Assembly (NCBI GenBank): GCA_963786955.1
Contig: CAWBAT010000008.1
Coordinates: 288,001 to 352,000, forward strand
Direction of reading: 5' to 3'
Source of the DNA: an uncultured Acidimicrobiia bacterium
Lineage (GTDB): Bacteria; Acidobacteriota; Terriglobia; Versatilivoradales; Versatilivoraceae
DNA length: 64,000 nt
Part shown: piece by piece, positions 44,785-56,849 of the stretch
Layout of the letters: every line of letters begins with the position of its first letter
Numbering within the stretch: position 1 is the stretch's first letter
Position numbers and translations under genes: made by a program
The notes under the pieces: model-generated
The model's database searches: none
Told to the model about the DNA's origin: nothing
What the model saw: the letters and a program-made list of their open reading frames with translations, nothing else

Positions 44785-45195
44785 AAACGCCAAGAGCGCC
44801 AAGCACGCCAAGAAAAGAGGATACATTTTGGTTAGCCGTCTGATCTTATCCTACCCGTAGTTCTTCCGGATGGTTTCTGGCTACCCGCTGGATGTTGTCG
44901 CGCAACCATATCACGTTCCAACAGACACCAATTAGTCGATTCGCATGTCGATGCGGTCAACCGGCCTCAATAAGCACCCCTTCAAATTCTAGTCTGGTGG
45001 AACAGCGAGTTTGCATTCGACCCGGTGGCGGCGTCTTTGGAGCTCGTGTGCCAGACAAGCCTGATAGGCCGATTCCAGCAGCCCGGGCCCCAAGGCACGA
45101 GGCACTCTTGAGTGCAGCGTCAACAATATCCTGAGCTACTTCGTCGGCGGACTTGAAGGCGCCTACTCTTGGCGAACTTTGCGTTCTTGGCGTTT
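44785..45195 (-). pseudogene. Decayed GxxExxY gene bracketed by inverted 9-mer arrays
   Basis: Minus-strand fragments DEVAQDIVDAALK / VPRALGPGLLESAYQACLAHEL / LEFEGVLIEAG / RIDM; arrays at 44785-44813 and 45167-45195. Confidence 0.8.
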
Positions 45196-45351
45196 CCCAA
45201 TTCTAGGAGTCATTTGCTCAACTGAAGGATCCCGCAATGCATCAATCATCCAAGCTTAGGGTAGCGCTTATGGGCCAGCGACCCCCGCTACAGCACGACT
45301 CGCTAACATTGCGTTGGCTTTTAATGGGACTTTAAGTAGAGACTCTCGCCC

Positions 45352-46357
45352 TTATTTCAACTCAAAATCAGAAGGTCTCATGCCCCGTTTGAACTTACCG
45401 AACCCGAAGTAGGTTGGGATGTACTCACCCACGTAATTCACGTCACTCTTTGCAGGAATTTGGGTTTCCAGGCCCAGCCGCCCAATAACAGGCATTCACC
45501 AGCAGGCGGCGTAATCCTTCGCTCTCCAAATCAACGGCAGCCCCAATGGTAGAGCAGATCACCCGTGAGGTTTTTCCGGTCTCACCGGTGTAATTTCGGA
45601 CCCAGATGAGAGGCATCATCGGATCATTTTTCGTTCCGGTTACAGGCTTGTCCAACGGATGCATTCCTTCCAGAACCTGGCCATAGACCAGCACGACCGC
45701 ATCGGCAGTAAGGTGACTGACACGGTAAACATCGGTGGGTCCCCAAATGTCGTCGACTCCTCTTAGAATCGGGTTATTTTTCTGGGCCTCGTTAACAATG
45801 CCTCGAGTGCTTTCTTTACCATGAATCCCATGATGGGCGATCCAGGTTTCTCCGAGAACCTGCTGGCCGAATCCTCCCGGCCATTCTTTATTCGCCAGTC
45901 ATAACGCGCATAAGCACTTTGTTTGTTTTTTTCAAACGCAAACGCATGGGTGGCTGTACGAATTCCCAGGATGGGTTTGCCCGAGTTCACGAAGTCAGCG
46001 ATGTATTTCATCTCCCGATCGGCGGGCTCCCGAAAGCGGGCAAAAATGACCATCATGTCAGCACTTTGCAAGGATTCTAATCCCGGCAGGTTTGTCGGGT
46101 TGTTAGGGATCGATGGTCCCGTCCGTGGGATCAAGCGCGAAGAGCACCGTACATTTGAATCCGTGTCGAATCGCAAGAATTTGGGCCAACATGGGCATCG
46201 CTTCTTCTGACCGGTACTCTTCATCTCCCGTCACGAACACGATGTGCTTTCCCTTCCCGGGGCCCTGGTTTCCTTCATATACGACCCGATCCGCAGCACC
46301 GATCTCGCGCTGAAAGATGAAAAAGAGAATGATCAGTGCTGGGAGAAGTTTCATCAT
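45352..46357 (-). CDS. ThuA-like domain protein (indels)
   Basis: [34 protein letters not shown]. Confidence 0.8.
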
Positions 46358-46465
46358 TGCCTCATCAATTCGAGCCAACGCCTCTATTCCTACCTTAGCG
46401 TGGAAGAAAACGCATACTCTGGAAGACGGGACGAACCAGGCGTACAGCGACGCGAGTTGCAGTTG

Positions 46466-46522
46466 GTAGGGCGATTTCGCCGAAACCGCCGAATGACGGC
46501 GCGCACGGCGTGCGCGCCCTAC
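46466..46522. repeat. REP doublet (GTAGGGCG family)
   Basis: gtagggcgatttcgccgaaaccgcc...ggcgcgcacggcgtgcgcgccctac. Confidence 0.75.
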
Positions 46523-46820
46523 CAAAAGCGGAAGGCGGGCGTGTACAACATGGGTTTCTGGCGTCGCAGGCTCGGTGACCCAATTCACCTCCGCCGGAGG
46601 GGCGTTAGGGGTGGGTTCTGGTTTAAATATCGGCTCCAAGATTGGGGTTTTATCAAAGCCTCAAGCTCAGCCAGTGCGGGTCAATAGCCTTCCTGGCAGA
46701 TTCTCGACGGGAAGAATTTTCTATCCGTTCACAAGCACATTGGCTATCCTAGACCGAGGCGTCTATCACCCGTTTCTGACTTGCGTGCCTTCAATGAAAT
46801 GAACAGGTATTTGAGCCCCC

Positions 46821-47479
46821 ATGAACTTCTATCTCATCCAACTTCGAAAGAATTCGGTCGTTTTATACGCCGAAGACGAAAGAAGTTCGCTGGAGAGCCC
46901 GGATTCAACCAAGAGCCTGGTGGACACGTGGGTCAATTGGCTTGCCCGCCGGGGTACATGGGCCGCTCGAATATTTCAAGAACCTGACGATTGTTGTCCG
47001 CGACTATTACAATCGATTAGAATACAAAATAGACCCGATGGAACGTGTGTTCAAGCGCATGCGCCACGCTACCGAAATCAACCTCCATTTTGCATCGACC
47101 CTAACTGAAACACGGGCAGCCGAAATGCTGGAGCAACTGTCGGGGCAGAGAGCGCAATAAACATCTTTTCTGGTTTGGAGTGGATTTTGTCGTGGCCATC
47201 GTTGCGATCTTGCTATCGCCCATTCTGATTCCAATTCCGGGACCGAACATTTTTGTTTACTATCCAGGCCTCCGTACCATTAGCCATTTTCGTGCGTGGC
47301 GCGGCGCCCTGCGTGGTCGGAGACTGAAACCCAGGTTGTACTTCCCTCGACTAGAGATCGCGGATATCGAGGCGACCCTAAAGCAGGGCCGCGAGCAGGT
47401 AGATTTTGAACAGGTCCGGCAGTTGGCTAAAACGATGGGATTAGAACAATTGCCCCATTTCCTCCAAAGATTCACTTAG
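46821..47479 (+). CDS. Hypothetical protein resembling the mitochondrial K+/H+ exchange-related family (indels)
   Basis: Three consecutive ORF pieces; PIPGPNIFVYY..LRTISHFRAWRG motif. Confidence 0.45.
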
Positions 47480-47523
47480 AGGAAATGCCGAATGCCGAAT
47501 GACGAATGCCGAGTGAAAGATGA

Positions 47524-47709
47524 AACCACGGGGAACACGGAGGACGCAGAGAACTATTTACTATTTGTTATCGTTTATTGGTTATTTACGATATGCAAAA
47601 ACGCGGACGCATTGCATTAGGCCGTGGAATATATCGAAATAATAAATAGACAATCGCAAATCGAAAATAGCCAATAACAAATTCTTCTCTCGTCCCTGTG
47701 TTCCCGGTA
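47524..47709. repeat. Nested palindromic element, copy 1 (9-mer inverted repeats outside, 7-mer arrays inside)
   Basis: Homologous direct copy at 48741-48930. Confidence 0.8.
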
Positions 47710-47721
47710 GTCTAATTCTGA

Positions 47722-48681
47722 ATGACTATGATTTCTGAATCTGCCAAGAGAGTTTTACGCATTGAAGCGGAGGCTATCACCGATCTCATTGATCGAATTG
47801 ATGTGCGATTTGAAAGTGCTGTCGATGCATTATTTCATTGCCATGGCCGTGTCGTTGTTACGGGTATTGGGAAATCTGGCATCATCTGCAAGAAAATAGC
47901 CGCCACATTGGCGAGTACCGGGACTCCTGCCTTTTTCCTGCACCCCACCGAAGCGCATCACGGCGATCTTGGCATGATTGTCAAGGGCGATATCGTGTTG
48001 CTGATATCCAATAGTGGTGAAACCGAGGAACTGATCCGGCTCCTGAAGACTCTGAAGCGGCTTGGAATCTTCTTAATCGCGATGGTCGGTAATCCTCAAT
48101 CTTCTTTGGCCCGGCACAGCGACATTGTGCTCGATGTCAGCATCCGTCAAGAGGCTTGTCCTCTCGGGTTGGCGCCGACTGCCAGTACGACCGCAGCGTT
48201 AGCCCTCGGTGACGCTTTGGCCATTGCGTTGTATGAAAAACGGGGCTTTAAAGAAGAGAATTTCGCCAGTCTTCATCCCGGTGGAATAGACAAGAGACTC
48301 ATGACCGTAGAGAAACTCATGCACGTGGAGATGCGATACCCGCTGTGGATGTGGACACTTCGATGCAAGCTGTGATCCTATGAAATTTCCGAAAAAGGGA
48401 TGGGGGTCACAGCCGTCATGCAGGATGGGTCGCGGGTTGCAGGAATTATTACAGACGGCGACTTGCGGCGACTCTTACAGAAAGACGTGAATTTTCTAAA
48501 GAAGAAAGCCGGGGAGTGTATGCACTTGAAGCCGCTGACCATCGAACCACAGTCATTGGCAACTGCGGCTCTACAAATCATGGAAGAGCGAAAAATTACT
48601 TCGCTGCTGGTAACGACGAAAGAGGGGAAACTCGAAGGAATCATCCACATTCATGACTTGTGGAAAACGCAGATGTTCTGA
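47722..48681 (+). CDS. kdsD: KpsF/GutQ family arabinose-5-phosphate isomerase (one indel)
   Basis: GIGKSG, HGDLG, SNSGET, APTASTT; CBS pair in the following ORF. Confidence 0.9.
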
Positions 48682-48740
48682 AGATTGCGGAATGTGGAAT
48701 TCAGATTGCGGATAGATTCAGGCGGGTCTCATTAAAAGAA

Positions 48741-48930
48741 AACCGCGGGGATACACGGAGGATGTGAGAGCTATTTACGATTTGTTATCGTTTATTTGTT
48801 ATTTACGATCTGTTAAAAGGCGGACTCACGGCAATAGCCCGTTGGTTATATCCAAATAATAAATAGACGATCGCAAATCGAAAATAGCAAATATCTAATA
48901 CTGCTGTCTCTCCCCGTGTTCCCCGTGGTT
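48741..48930. repeat. Nested palindromic element, copy 2
   Basis: aaccgcggggatacacggag...ctatttacgatttgttatcgtttatttg...aaataataaatagacgatcgcaaatcgaaaatagc...ccccgtgttccccgtggtt. Confidence 0.8.
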
Positions 48931-48975
48931 AGAATATTTTTAATCGCCATTCGGCATTCGTCAAACGGCATTCTT

Positions 48976-49723
48976 CTATTCCCCCTCAACCAGTGCCTTG
49001 GCATAATCGCGGTTCATACGCGCAATAAACTCGACCGAAATTTCTTTCGGGCAAACGGCTTCACAGGAGCTGATATTGGTACAATTGCCAAAACCGGCTT
49101 CATCCATGGCCTTCACCATCTTGAGCACCCGGCTATTTCGTTCTGACTTGTCCCTGCGGGAGCTGACCCAGATGGGAAACCTTGGCTGCCACGAACAGCA
49201 TGGCAGAGGCGTTCTTGCAAGCGGCAACGCAGGCTCCACATCCAATACAGGCGGCCGCGTCCATGGATTTTTCAGCGGCAGGTCTGGGCACTGGAATCGT
49301 GTTCGCTTCGGGCGCCTGACCGGTTGAGACGGAGACAAACCCTCCCGCTTCCATAATATGATCAAAAGCGCTCCGATCCACGACGAGGTCTTTGACTACA
49401 GGGAATGCCCCGGCGCGCCAGGGTTCAATGGTGAGGCGATCGCCATCCTTGAAATGTCTCATATGGAGCTGGCATACCGTTGTTCTCCGATGTCCTCCAT
49501 GCGGAATCCCGTTGATGACCATTGAGCAGGAACCGCAAATTCCTTCTCGACAATCCGAATCGAAAGCAATCGGCTCTACGCCCTTGCCTGTCAAGTCTTC
49601 GTTGACAACATCTAGCATCTCCAAGAACGACATCTCCGGGATCACATTGGGAGCCTGATACTCCACAAACTTTCCCGGTGTCTTCGAATTCTTCTGGCGC
49701 CAGACTCTTAGCGTAAGTTTCAT
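48976..49723 (-). CDS. sdhB: Succinate dehydrogenase/fumarate reductase iron-sulfur subunit (one indel)
   Basis: [32 protein letters not shown]. Confidence 0.93.
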
Positions 49724-49892
49724 ACGAGAATCATCCTTGAAGCGATAACATCTGCGACACTAAGTACTCATTTCATCAATTACAGTGACATCAGCTTGGA
49801 GCTGCCTGTGCGCGCGGGTGGACGGGCGCTCCGACGCACGCTTGAACGCGCGCGGAGCGCGCGTTCCATCTTCCATGGAGGGCGAATCATCG

Positions 49893-51806
49893 TTACTTAT
49901 AGCTCCGCTGACTCATCTTCAATTCTTCATAAAGCAATGGCTCTTTGTGCATCAAGGGTGAATGGCCTTCACCCTGGTATTCCCACGCCGAGACATGCGC
50001 ATAGGCATCATCATTTCGGAGGGCTTCTCCATCACTCGTCTGAAATTCCTCGCGGAAGTGCCCCCCGCACGACTCGGCACGCGTCAGAGCGTCGAGGCAG
50101 AGCAACTCAGCGAACTCTAAGAAATCAGCCACCCGCCCGGCTTTTTCAATGGACTGGTTCAGATTGGCATCCTCTCCCAACACCGTCACGTTTTCCCAAA
50201 ACTCTTGTCGCAGCGCCGGAATCTTCTGCAAGACTTCTTTCAAGCCTTTCTCGTTCCGTGCCATCCCGCAATGTTCCCACATCAATTTTCCCAGCTCTCG
50301 ATGAAATGAGCCCACCGTTCGTTTCCCTTTGATGGACAAGAATCGCTGAATCTTGGCGCTGACCTCACTTTCAATCCGTTTAAATTCAGCATGAGTTTCT
50401 GGAATTCTATTCTGTGGGATAGAGCCAAAAAAATTCCCAAGGGTGTAAGGAAGGATGAAATAACCATCCGCCAAGCCCTGCATCAGCGCGCTGGCTCCCA
50501 ACCGGTTGGCGCCATGATCAGAAAAATTGGCTTCTCCAAGGACGAAGAGTCCAGGGATATTACTCATCAGATCATAATCAACCCACAGGCCGCCCATGGT
50601 GTAATGCACGGCCGGGTAAATCCGCATGGGTGTCTTGTAAGCATCCTCACCGGTGATCCGTTCATACATCTCAAAGAGATTGCCATAGCGCTCCCGGATC
50701 GTATGTTCGCCAAGGCGCTGAATGGCCTCGGCAAAGTCCAGATACACGCCCTTCCCGCCGGGACCTACACCACGCCCTTCGTCACAGACCTCTTTCGCAG
50801 CTCTCGAGGAAATGTCACGCGGGGCAAGATTGCCATAACTGGGGTATTTCCGCTCCAGATAATAATCCCGTTCGCTCTCTGGAATCTGTTGGGCAGGGCG
50901 GGTATCCCCTGACTTCTTGGGTACCCAGACCCGCCCGTCATTTCTCAAGGACTCGGACATGAGAGTCAGTTTTGATTGGTACTCTCCGCTGGCCGGGATG
51001 CAGGTGGGATGAATCTGCGTATAGCATGGGTTCGCAAAGGCGGCGCCCCGCTTGTAAGCACGAAACGTGGCCGTGACATTACACCCTCCCGCATTGGTCG
51101 AAAGATAGAACACATTGCCATAGCCGCCCGTCGCCAGCACGACGGCGTCCGCTGAATGCGAACGAATCTCCCCGGTGACGAGGTTTCGGACCACAATCCC
51201 TTTGGCCACACCATCCACCACCACCAGATCTAACATCTCGGTCATCGGAAAAAGCTGGCAATTCCCCAACCCCAGCTGGCGGGCGAGAGCTTGATAGGCT
51301 CCCAGCAAGAGCTGTTGTCCGGTCTGACCGCGAGCGTAGAAGGTTCGGGAAACCTGCGCACCACCAAATGAACGATTCGACAGCAAGCCTCCGTATTCCC
51401 GGGCAAAGGGTACTCCCTGGGCAACGCATTGGTCGATGATGGCATTGCTGGTCTGAGCCAGCCGATAGACATTACCTTCGCGAGCCCGGAAGTCTCCGCC
51501 TTTGATCGTGTCGTAAAACAGGCGATAAATACTGTCCCCGTCGTTGGGATAGTTTTTAGCAGCATTGATGCCTCCTTGAGCTGCAATGCTGTGAGCCCGC
51601 CGAGGCGAGTCATGAAACGTAAACACCTGGACCTTGTAGCCCAATTCTGCCAGAGAAGCGGCGGCTGAAGATCCAGCCAGGCCAGTTCCAACAACGATCA
51701 CATCAAACTTGCGTTTATTGGATGGATTCACCAGCTTCATTCCCAGGCGATAGCGATCCCATTTGCTGGCAAGGGGACCGGAGGGAGTTTTAGAGTCCAG
51801 TTTCAT
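49893..51806 (-). CDS. sdhA: Succinate dehydrogenase/fumarate reductase flavoprotein
   Basis: [28 protein letters not shown]. Confidence 0.95.
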   Translation of the reverse strand: MKLDSKTPSGPLASKWDRYRLGMKLVNPSNKRKFDVIVVGTGLAGSSAAASLAELGYKVQVFTFHDSPRRAHSIAAQGGINAAKNYPNDGDSIYRLFYDTIKGGDFRAREGNVYRLAQTSNAIIDQCVAQGVPFAREYGGLLSNRSFGGAQVSRTFYARGQTGQQLLLGAYQALARQLGLGNCQLFPMTEMLDLVVVDGVAKGIVVRNLVTGEIRSHSADAVVLATGGYGNVFYLSTNAGGCNVTATFRAYKRGAAFANPCYTQIHPTCIPASGEYQSKLTLMSESLRNDGRVWVPKKSGDTRPAQQIPESERDYYLERKYPSYGNLAPRDISSRAAKEVCDEGRGVGPGGKGVYLDFAEAIQRLGEHTIRERYGNLFEMYERITGEDAYKTPMRIYPAVHYTMGGLWVDYDLMSNIPGLFVLGEANFSDHGANRLGASALMQGLADGYFILPYTLGNFFGSIPQNRIPETHAEFKRIESEVSAKIQRFLSIKGKRTVGSFHRELGKLMWEHCGMARNEKGLKEVLQKIPALRQEFWENVTVLGEDANLNQSIEKAGRVADFLEFAELLCLDALTRAESCGGHFREEFQTSDGEALRNDDAYAHVSAWEYQGEGHSPLMHKEPLLYEELKMSQRSYK

Positions 51807-51845
51807 GATTGTTGCATCGCTATTGAGAGCTCATTTTTCGTCCTG

Positions 51846-52520
51846 CTATTTGACGTATCCAAGCAAAACTGCCAGTGGCATTGAAGAATTCCCCACGAAG
51901 ATGACAAGGGCGGAGACCTGCGAGAGGCGGCAGATCAAGTCTTCCGTTCTTTTGCTCTTCAATCCCAATGATTGAAAGGCGCTGCTGACCCCATGACTCA
52001 AGTGCAGGCAGAGCAACCCCATCGCCAAGATGTAAAAAAAGGTGACGCCGGGAGAAGAGAACCCCTCGACTGCCATTCGATACACGTCATGTCTCCCCTT
52101 CGAGTCCTCCAAGTGGAGATACTCGGGATTGGTGACTCCAAGCGTAAATTGCATCAAATGATAGGCCACAAATGAAAATATGACCAATCCGCTGATGAGC
52201 ACAGTCCTGGAGGCAAGATTGGCATAAGGAGGTTTGCTGTTTGCGTAACGAACGGGACGCGCCCGGCGATTCTGCAAAGCTAACTGAATCCCGGTCACGA
52301 TATGAAAGACCACAATGACGAGCAAGATGAGGCGGACCGTCCAAAGCAATCCCGGTTTGGATTTTAAAAACGCCCCATAAGCGTTCAATGACTCCGGTCC
52401 GAGAAAAACTTGCAGATTCCCCAGCATATGGCCAATGACAAAGAGGAATAAGAACACCCCTGAAATGGCCATGAGATATTTTCTGGTGAGGGAAGAACTC
52501 GCAATTAGACCAATGCTCAT
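51846..52520 (-). CDS. sdhC: Succinate dehydrogenase cytochrome b subunit
   Basis: Five TM helices with heme His residues; operon position. Confidence 0.92.
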   Translation of the reverse strand: MSIGLIASSSLTRKYLMAISGVFLFLFVIGHMLGNLQVFLGPESLNAYGAFLKSKPGLLWTVRLILLVIVVFHIVTGIQLALQNRRARPVRYANSKPPYANLASRTVLISGLVIFSFVAYHLMQFTLGVTNPEYLHLEDSKGRHDVYRMAVEGFSSPGVTFFYILAMGLLCLHLSHGVSSAFQSLGLKSKRTEDLICRLSQVSALVIFVGNSSMPLAVLLGYVK

Positions 52521-52561
52521 CTGGATAAATCAGTAGAAATCATTGCAGGGCGAAAAGATTT

Positions 52562-53043
52562 CTCATCGTTCATTTTTCAGTTGTCATTTCCCATTTCGAG
52601 TTTAGTCGTACTTCATTCTAGACTTCAGTGTCTTAACCGATGATGTGACAATTTTAGACAGCTGAGTTGTTTCATCAATGATGTTTGCCATCAATGCCGA
52701 GCTAACAAGTCCACCCTTATTTACGATTTTTAACCAAACGCTGGTTTCGTTCAATTCTTTTAAGACAATCCCCAATTTGTGTATGAAATCCGCGTTACTT
52801 TCAGCGGCTCTCGCTTCACTGTAATTTGCCGCAGGAGAGGTCCCGGAACGTAATATCTGATTTGCCACATGTCTACCTGCTGGAGTCTTAGGAAGGCTAT
52901 TGGAAAGCTTTATGATCCTGACAGCAAATTCAACAAGCCGCGCTTCCAGCTCGTCCGCTTTCTGTTGACTCTGATTCATTGAACCGATACTGGTCCATCA
53001 TCTGTCCAAAATCAAAAATGACAAATGATCAATGAACAATGAA
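52562..53043. repeat. Inverted heptamer arrays bracketing the four-helix-bundle gene
   Basis: 52562-52597 tcatcgt-tcatttt-tcagttg-tcatttc-ccatttc; 53009-53043 aaatcaa-aaatgac-aaatgat-caatgaa-caatgaa. Confidence 0.8.
52602..52979 (-). CDS. Four helix bundle protein (23S rRNA IVP/Avd-like family)
   Basis: QILRSGTSPAANYSEA, DFIHKLGIVLKELNETSVWL. Confidence 0.92.
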   Translation of the reverse strand: MNQSQQKADELEARLVEFAVRIIKLSNSLPKTPAGRHVANQILRSGTSPAANYSEARAAESNADFIHKLGIVLKELNETSVWLKIVNKGGLVSSALMANIIDETTQLSKIVTSSVKTLKSRMKYD

Positions 53044-53052
53044 GCTTGATAA

Positions 53053-54370
53053 TCAGTCGTAGTATTCCAACCCCAAATGCGTGATGAGGTCTTCTCCGCG
53101 CAGGTAGCGGAGCGTATTCTTGAGCTTCATCAATTGAATAAAAAGGTCATGCTCGGGATAGAGCTCTGGCGCACATTGCGGACTCTTGAAAGTAAAAGGA
53201 AAGCCATTCTTGGATCCCGTGCATTTTGGCGCGCTGGGCGAGGTCGAGAAAGAGCACCAAGTCGAGGCATAAGGGTGCCGCCAGGATGCTATCCCGGCAA
53301 AGGAAGTTGACCTTGATCTGCATCGGATAACCGAGCCATCCGAAAATATCGATATTATCCCAGCCCTCTTTATTGTCTCCACTCGGCGGGTAATAGTTGA
53401 TGCGGACCTGATGATGGAAGCCCTTATACAACTCTGGATAAAGTTCCGGCTGGAGGATGTGGTCCAGCACCGAAAGCTTTGATTCTTCTTTGGTTTTGAA
53501 GGACATCGGCTCGTCCAGAACTTCGCCATCGCGGTTCCCCAGGATATTCGTGGAGAACCAACCTCTCAGGCCGATCATGCGCGACTTCAAACCTGGAGCA
53601 ATGATCGTTTTCATGAGAGTTTGGCCGGTTTTGAAGTCTTTCCCGCAAATGGACGCGTCGTTCTTCTGAGCCAGTTCAATCATGGCCGGGATATCCACGG
53701 TCAAATTGGGAGCTCCGTTGGCAAAGGTATCCCCATCTTCAATGCGGCGTAGGCATAGATCATGCTTGGAGAGATTTTGGGGTCATTGGATTTAAGTCCC
53801 TTTTCAAACTTTGCCACCGTCGAGTGGACATCGCTCATCTTAAAAAAGACTTCTGTGCTGCCACACCAGATCATGACCAGGCGGTCGATGTCATTGTTCT
53901 TCTGAAATTCCCGAATATCCGCCATGATCTGGCCGGCCAGCTCAAATTTAGTCTTTCCCTTTCTTGACGTGAGTGCCATTCAGTCTCTTCACGTACTTTT
54001 TGCTGAAGACAGCATCCCAGGGGCGAAGGCGCTGCAGGTCATTCTTCAGGGTGCCGAGGAGGGGCTTCTCTAACACGTTGGAACGCAAGGCGGTTTCGTA
54101 ACAATTTTCCCCATGGATGTCCCATCCACCGAAGACGAGATCGTCCAGGTGAGCCAAGGGGACGAAGTCTTTAATGAGAGGGGTACGCTTCTCGGTCCTT
54201 TTGCCGAGGCGGATCGTACCCATTTGGGTCAGGGAACCGAAGGGTTTGGCTCCATGTTTCCGGATAGCCTCAACGCCGGCAATAAAGGTCGTTGCCACAG
54301 CGCCCATCCCGGGAATTAACATGCCTAATTTACCTTTTGCGGGTGATATTTTCGTGCCTTTTTTGATCAC
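53053..54370 (-). CDS. ino1: Inositol-3-phosphate synthase (indels)
   Basis: PGMGAV, GKDFKTGQT, NILGNRDG, GDNKEGWD, CRDSILAAPL. Confidence 0.9.
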
Positions 54371-54633
54371 AGGTTTGTTCTCCAAGATTGGGGTTATGAA
54401 TACAGCGGGGGAAAAATAACTCAAAACAAACATAGATATTGCTATGAACGGGGGGGATTTGCAACGGATTATTGGTGGAATACTCGACAGGATTTCATCG
54501 AAGAGGGAAATTAATGGGAGCCGATCCAACCTCGACGGGTCAACCAGCTACGGATCCGAATGCTTTCTAATAACCCAAGATGAATTGAAGATCAAGATTG
54601 GCAATCGTGGTTACTTCTTACAGAAGGAATTCC

Positions 54634-54711
54634 GTAGGGGCGAAGCATTCGAATCTGAAGAGGTCATACCAGGGATGAGCCTCTTCCTTTCCGACCAATG
54701 CTTCGCCCTAC
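54634..54711. repeat. REP-like inverted repeat
   Basis: gtaggggcgaagcatt ... aatgcttcgccctac. Confidence 0.65.
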
Positions 54712-54726
54712 ACCACATTCATTGGC

Positions 54727-56849
54727 CTAATCCGGTTTGATGCTTAGTATCGTCGCTGTCCTCGGGGGGATCATCCAACTCACCGGGCTGCCTCGAGACA
54801 ACCCGGTTTTGAATTTTGAATCAGGGTATTCAGCCTGAATGCTAAAGTGCGTTCCCTGGGTAAGGCCAATGGATTCATCGAGACTGAAATTAGCGGGTTG
54901 AGCCTCGGGATTGGGATTAAACAGGAACAAATAGCCATGATCCTGCAGAAGGTGTGCGGAGCCATCGATTTTGCCGGCCTGGGGCCAGTCTGGAAGATCC
55001 TGGCGTACCATGAGATAGACGGCATGGGCGCGTCCCCAATCCAGCCACTTCTTGATCTCTCGCTTGTCTGCCTCCGGCAAGCCGCTTTTGGCGGGGAGGT
55101 AATAGAGTTGGTTGGGAGAACTTGAAATAGCGCTTAGCATGATGTAGTCGATGGCTTCACTGGTCCAGGGACGGCCGTGGGGCGGGCCCATCAGGGGTGG
55201 ACCGACAAAGACTTGTGGCCAATCGATGTAGTGTGGGAAGAAATGATGATGCACCCGGATGCGTGACCAGCGACGAATCTTGTCCCCCAGCACCATATTC
55301 ACGGGCTGTCCACTCAATCCCGGAAGAGCTTCGGGTTCACTGAGCTCATCAATCGTAAAAACAGCATCCACGTTATGCTGTGAGAATACGCCTTGATCCA
55401 TGGGTGGACGGCAAACCGTAATATAAGTGTCCGGCTTCAATTTTCGGACATTCTCAATGAGCTCTCGGAGAGCTCGATCACAGGCATAAGTAGCGTCACC
55501 ATAGAGGTGGTCATGGTCTTTCTTCGGGCAATCCACTCGGGTGATCACGCCGCCGCCTCCAAAGAAATCCCCATCCATTACCCAGGAAGGGAAATAACCG
55601 GTCTTCATTCCATCCAGGCTCAGTTGGTTAATCCAGTCCCGGAAGGGTTTGTTGGCGATGCAATTCCCTTGGATATTTTGAAAGAAAATTTTCCCGGAAA
55701 GAAATGTTCCCTTCAGCCGTCGCCTATCCGGGAACATGGTCCATTCTGGAATATCCGGAAGAAAGGGCCGCCCCTTTTTCTCCCACCAAGGATTGGAGTT
55801 GTTCATCGTAGGCCAAAAGGCCATTTTCAGACCGATGCGCTGGGCGTATTCATATTTCTTGGAAGCGATCGGGCCGGGTTGGTACCGGTCATTGAGGCGG
55901 AGACTATTCATCAGACTCGATCTCGCCCCCCCAGGGAATATTGTCTGTAACCCAGTCAATCCCTACTTCTTTAATCAAATCAAGCGCGCGCAGATCCGAC
56001 TCCAGGGCGGCTTCGTCTTTGTACTCGAAATGCTCCATTTCACACCAGTAACCACAGGCCGCTGGCGCGAAAGCTGTGACGCGGAGGGCCAAGCAGCTTG
56101 CTGGTCATAGCTACCATGGCAGCGGATTCCGACTGTAGTGGCAAGCCGAGTTCCTCTCGATCTAGCGCTCGCCGTTTGTATACACCGAGATAGACAGGTT
56201 CTGATTCCAGCCATTCATTGGCCTTAACTTTTAGGCTGGGCGCGTAGCCTAAACTGAGCGTTCTGCCCCACAGCTCCGAGTCATCGAATGGCATTTCCAT
56301 TCCAGTGAAAATGCCTCCTTTCGTGGTTCGACCGAACCAGGTAACCGTCTTCTGATGGGGATATCGAATTAGAACGAAATCTTGTTCCGGAAACTTCATT
56401 CGGCTTACAACGACATTTTTCCAACCAAACGGGGCAGAGGACCGTAAAGATAATTTCTTAGTGAGGAAATGATCAGATTGTTTCAGGACATAGGTTGATT
56501 TCACTTCATACCCACTGGAGACATAGATCGCTTCAAGGCTTTCAGGGCTGAGTCTTTGGAGTGACTGCAGCTTCATTTTCTTCGGCTCGAGCGTGAATCC
56601 TTCGGTTTCAACCCAGAAACCTTCTTCGCTAATGCCCAGTGTTTCACCAGTGAGTTTGTTGACCACTGAGGAGATCAGGCCGGTGGCAGGATCGAATGTC
56701 ATTCCGATAAGATTGTTCTCGAGGGAGAGTCTCTCATTCGCGGTACATAGCGGAGCGACCAGCAGTATTGCGGGGAGGACAAGAAAGAACGAAATCGCAG
56801 CTCTCATTCTTGAAACAGAAGGACTCAGTCTAGAAGAATGACTCATCAT
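54727..56849 (-). CDS. Large secreted hypothetical protein, possibly glycoside hydrolase-like (indels)
   Basis: Three consecutive minus-strand ORFs; signal peptide; N-terminal LENNLI..FD beta-sandwich-like start. Confidence 0.5.
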
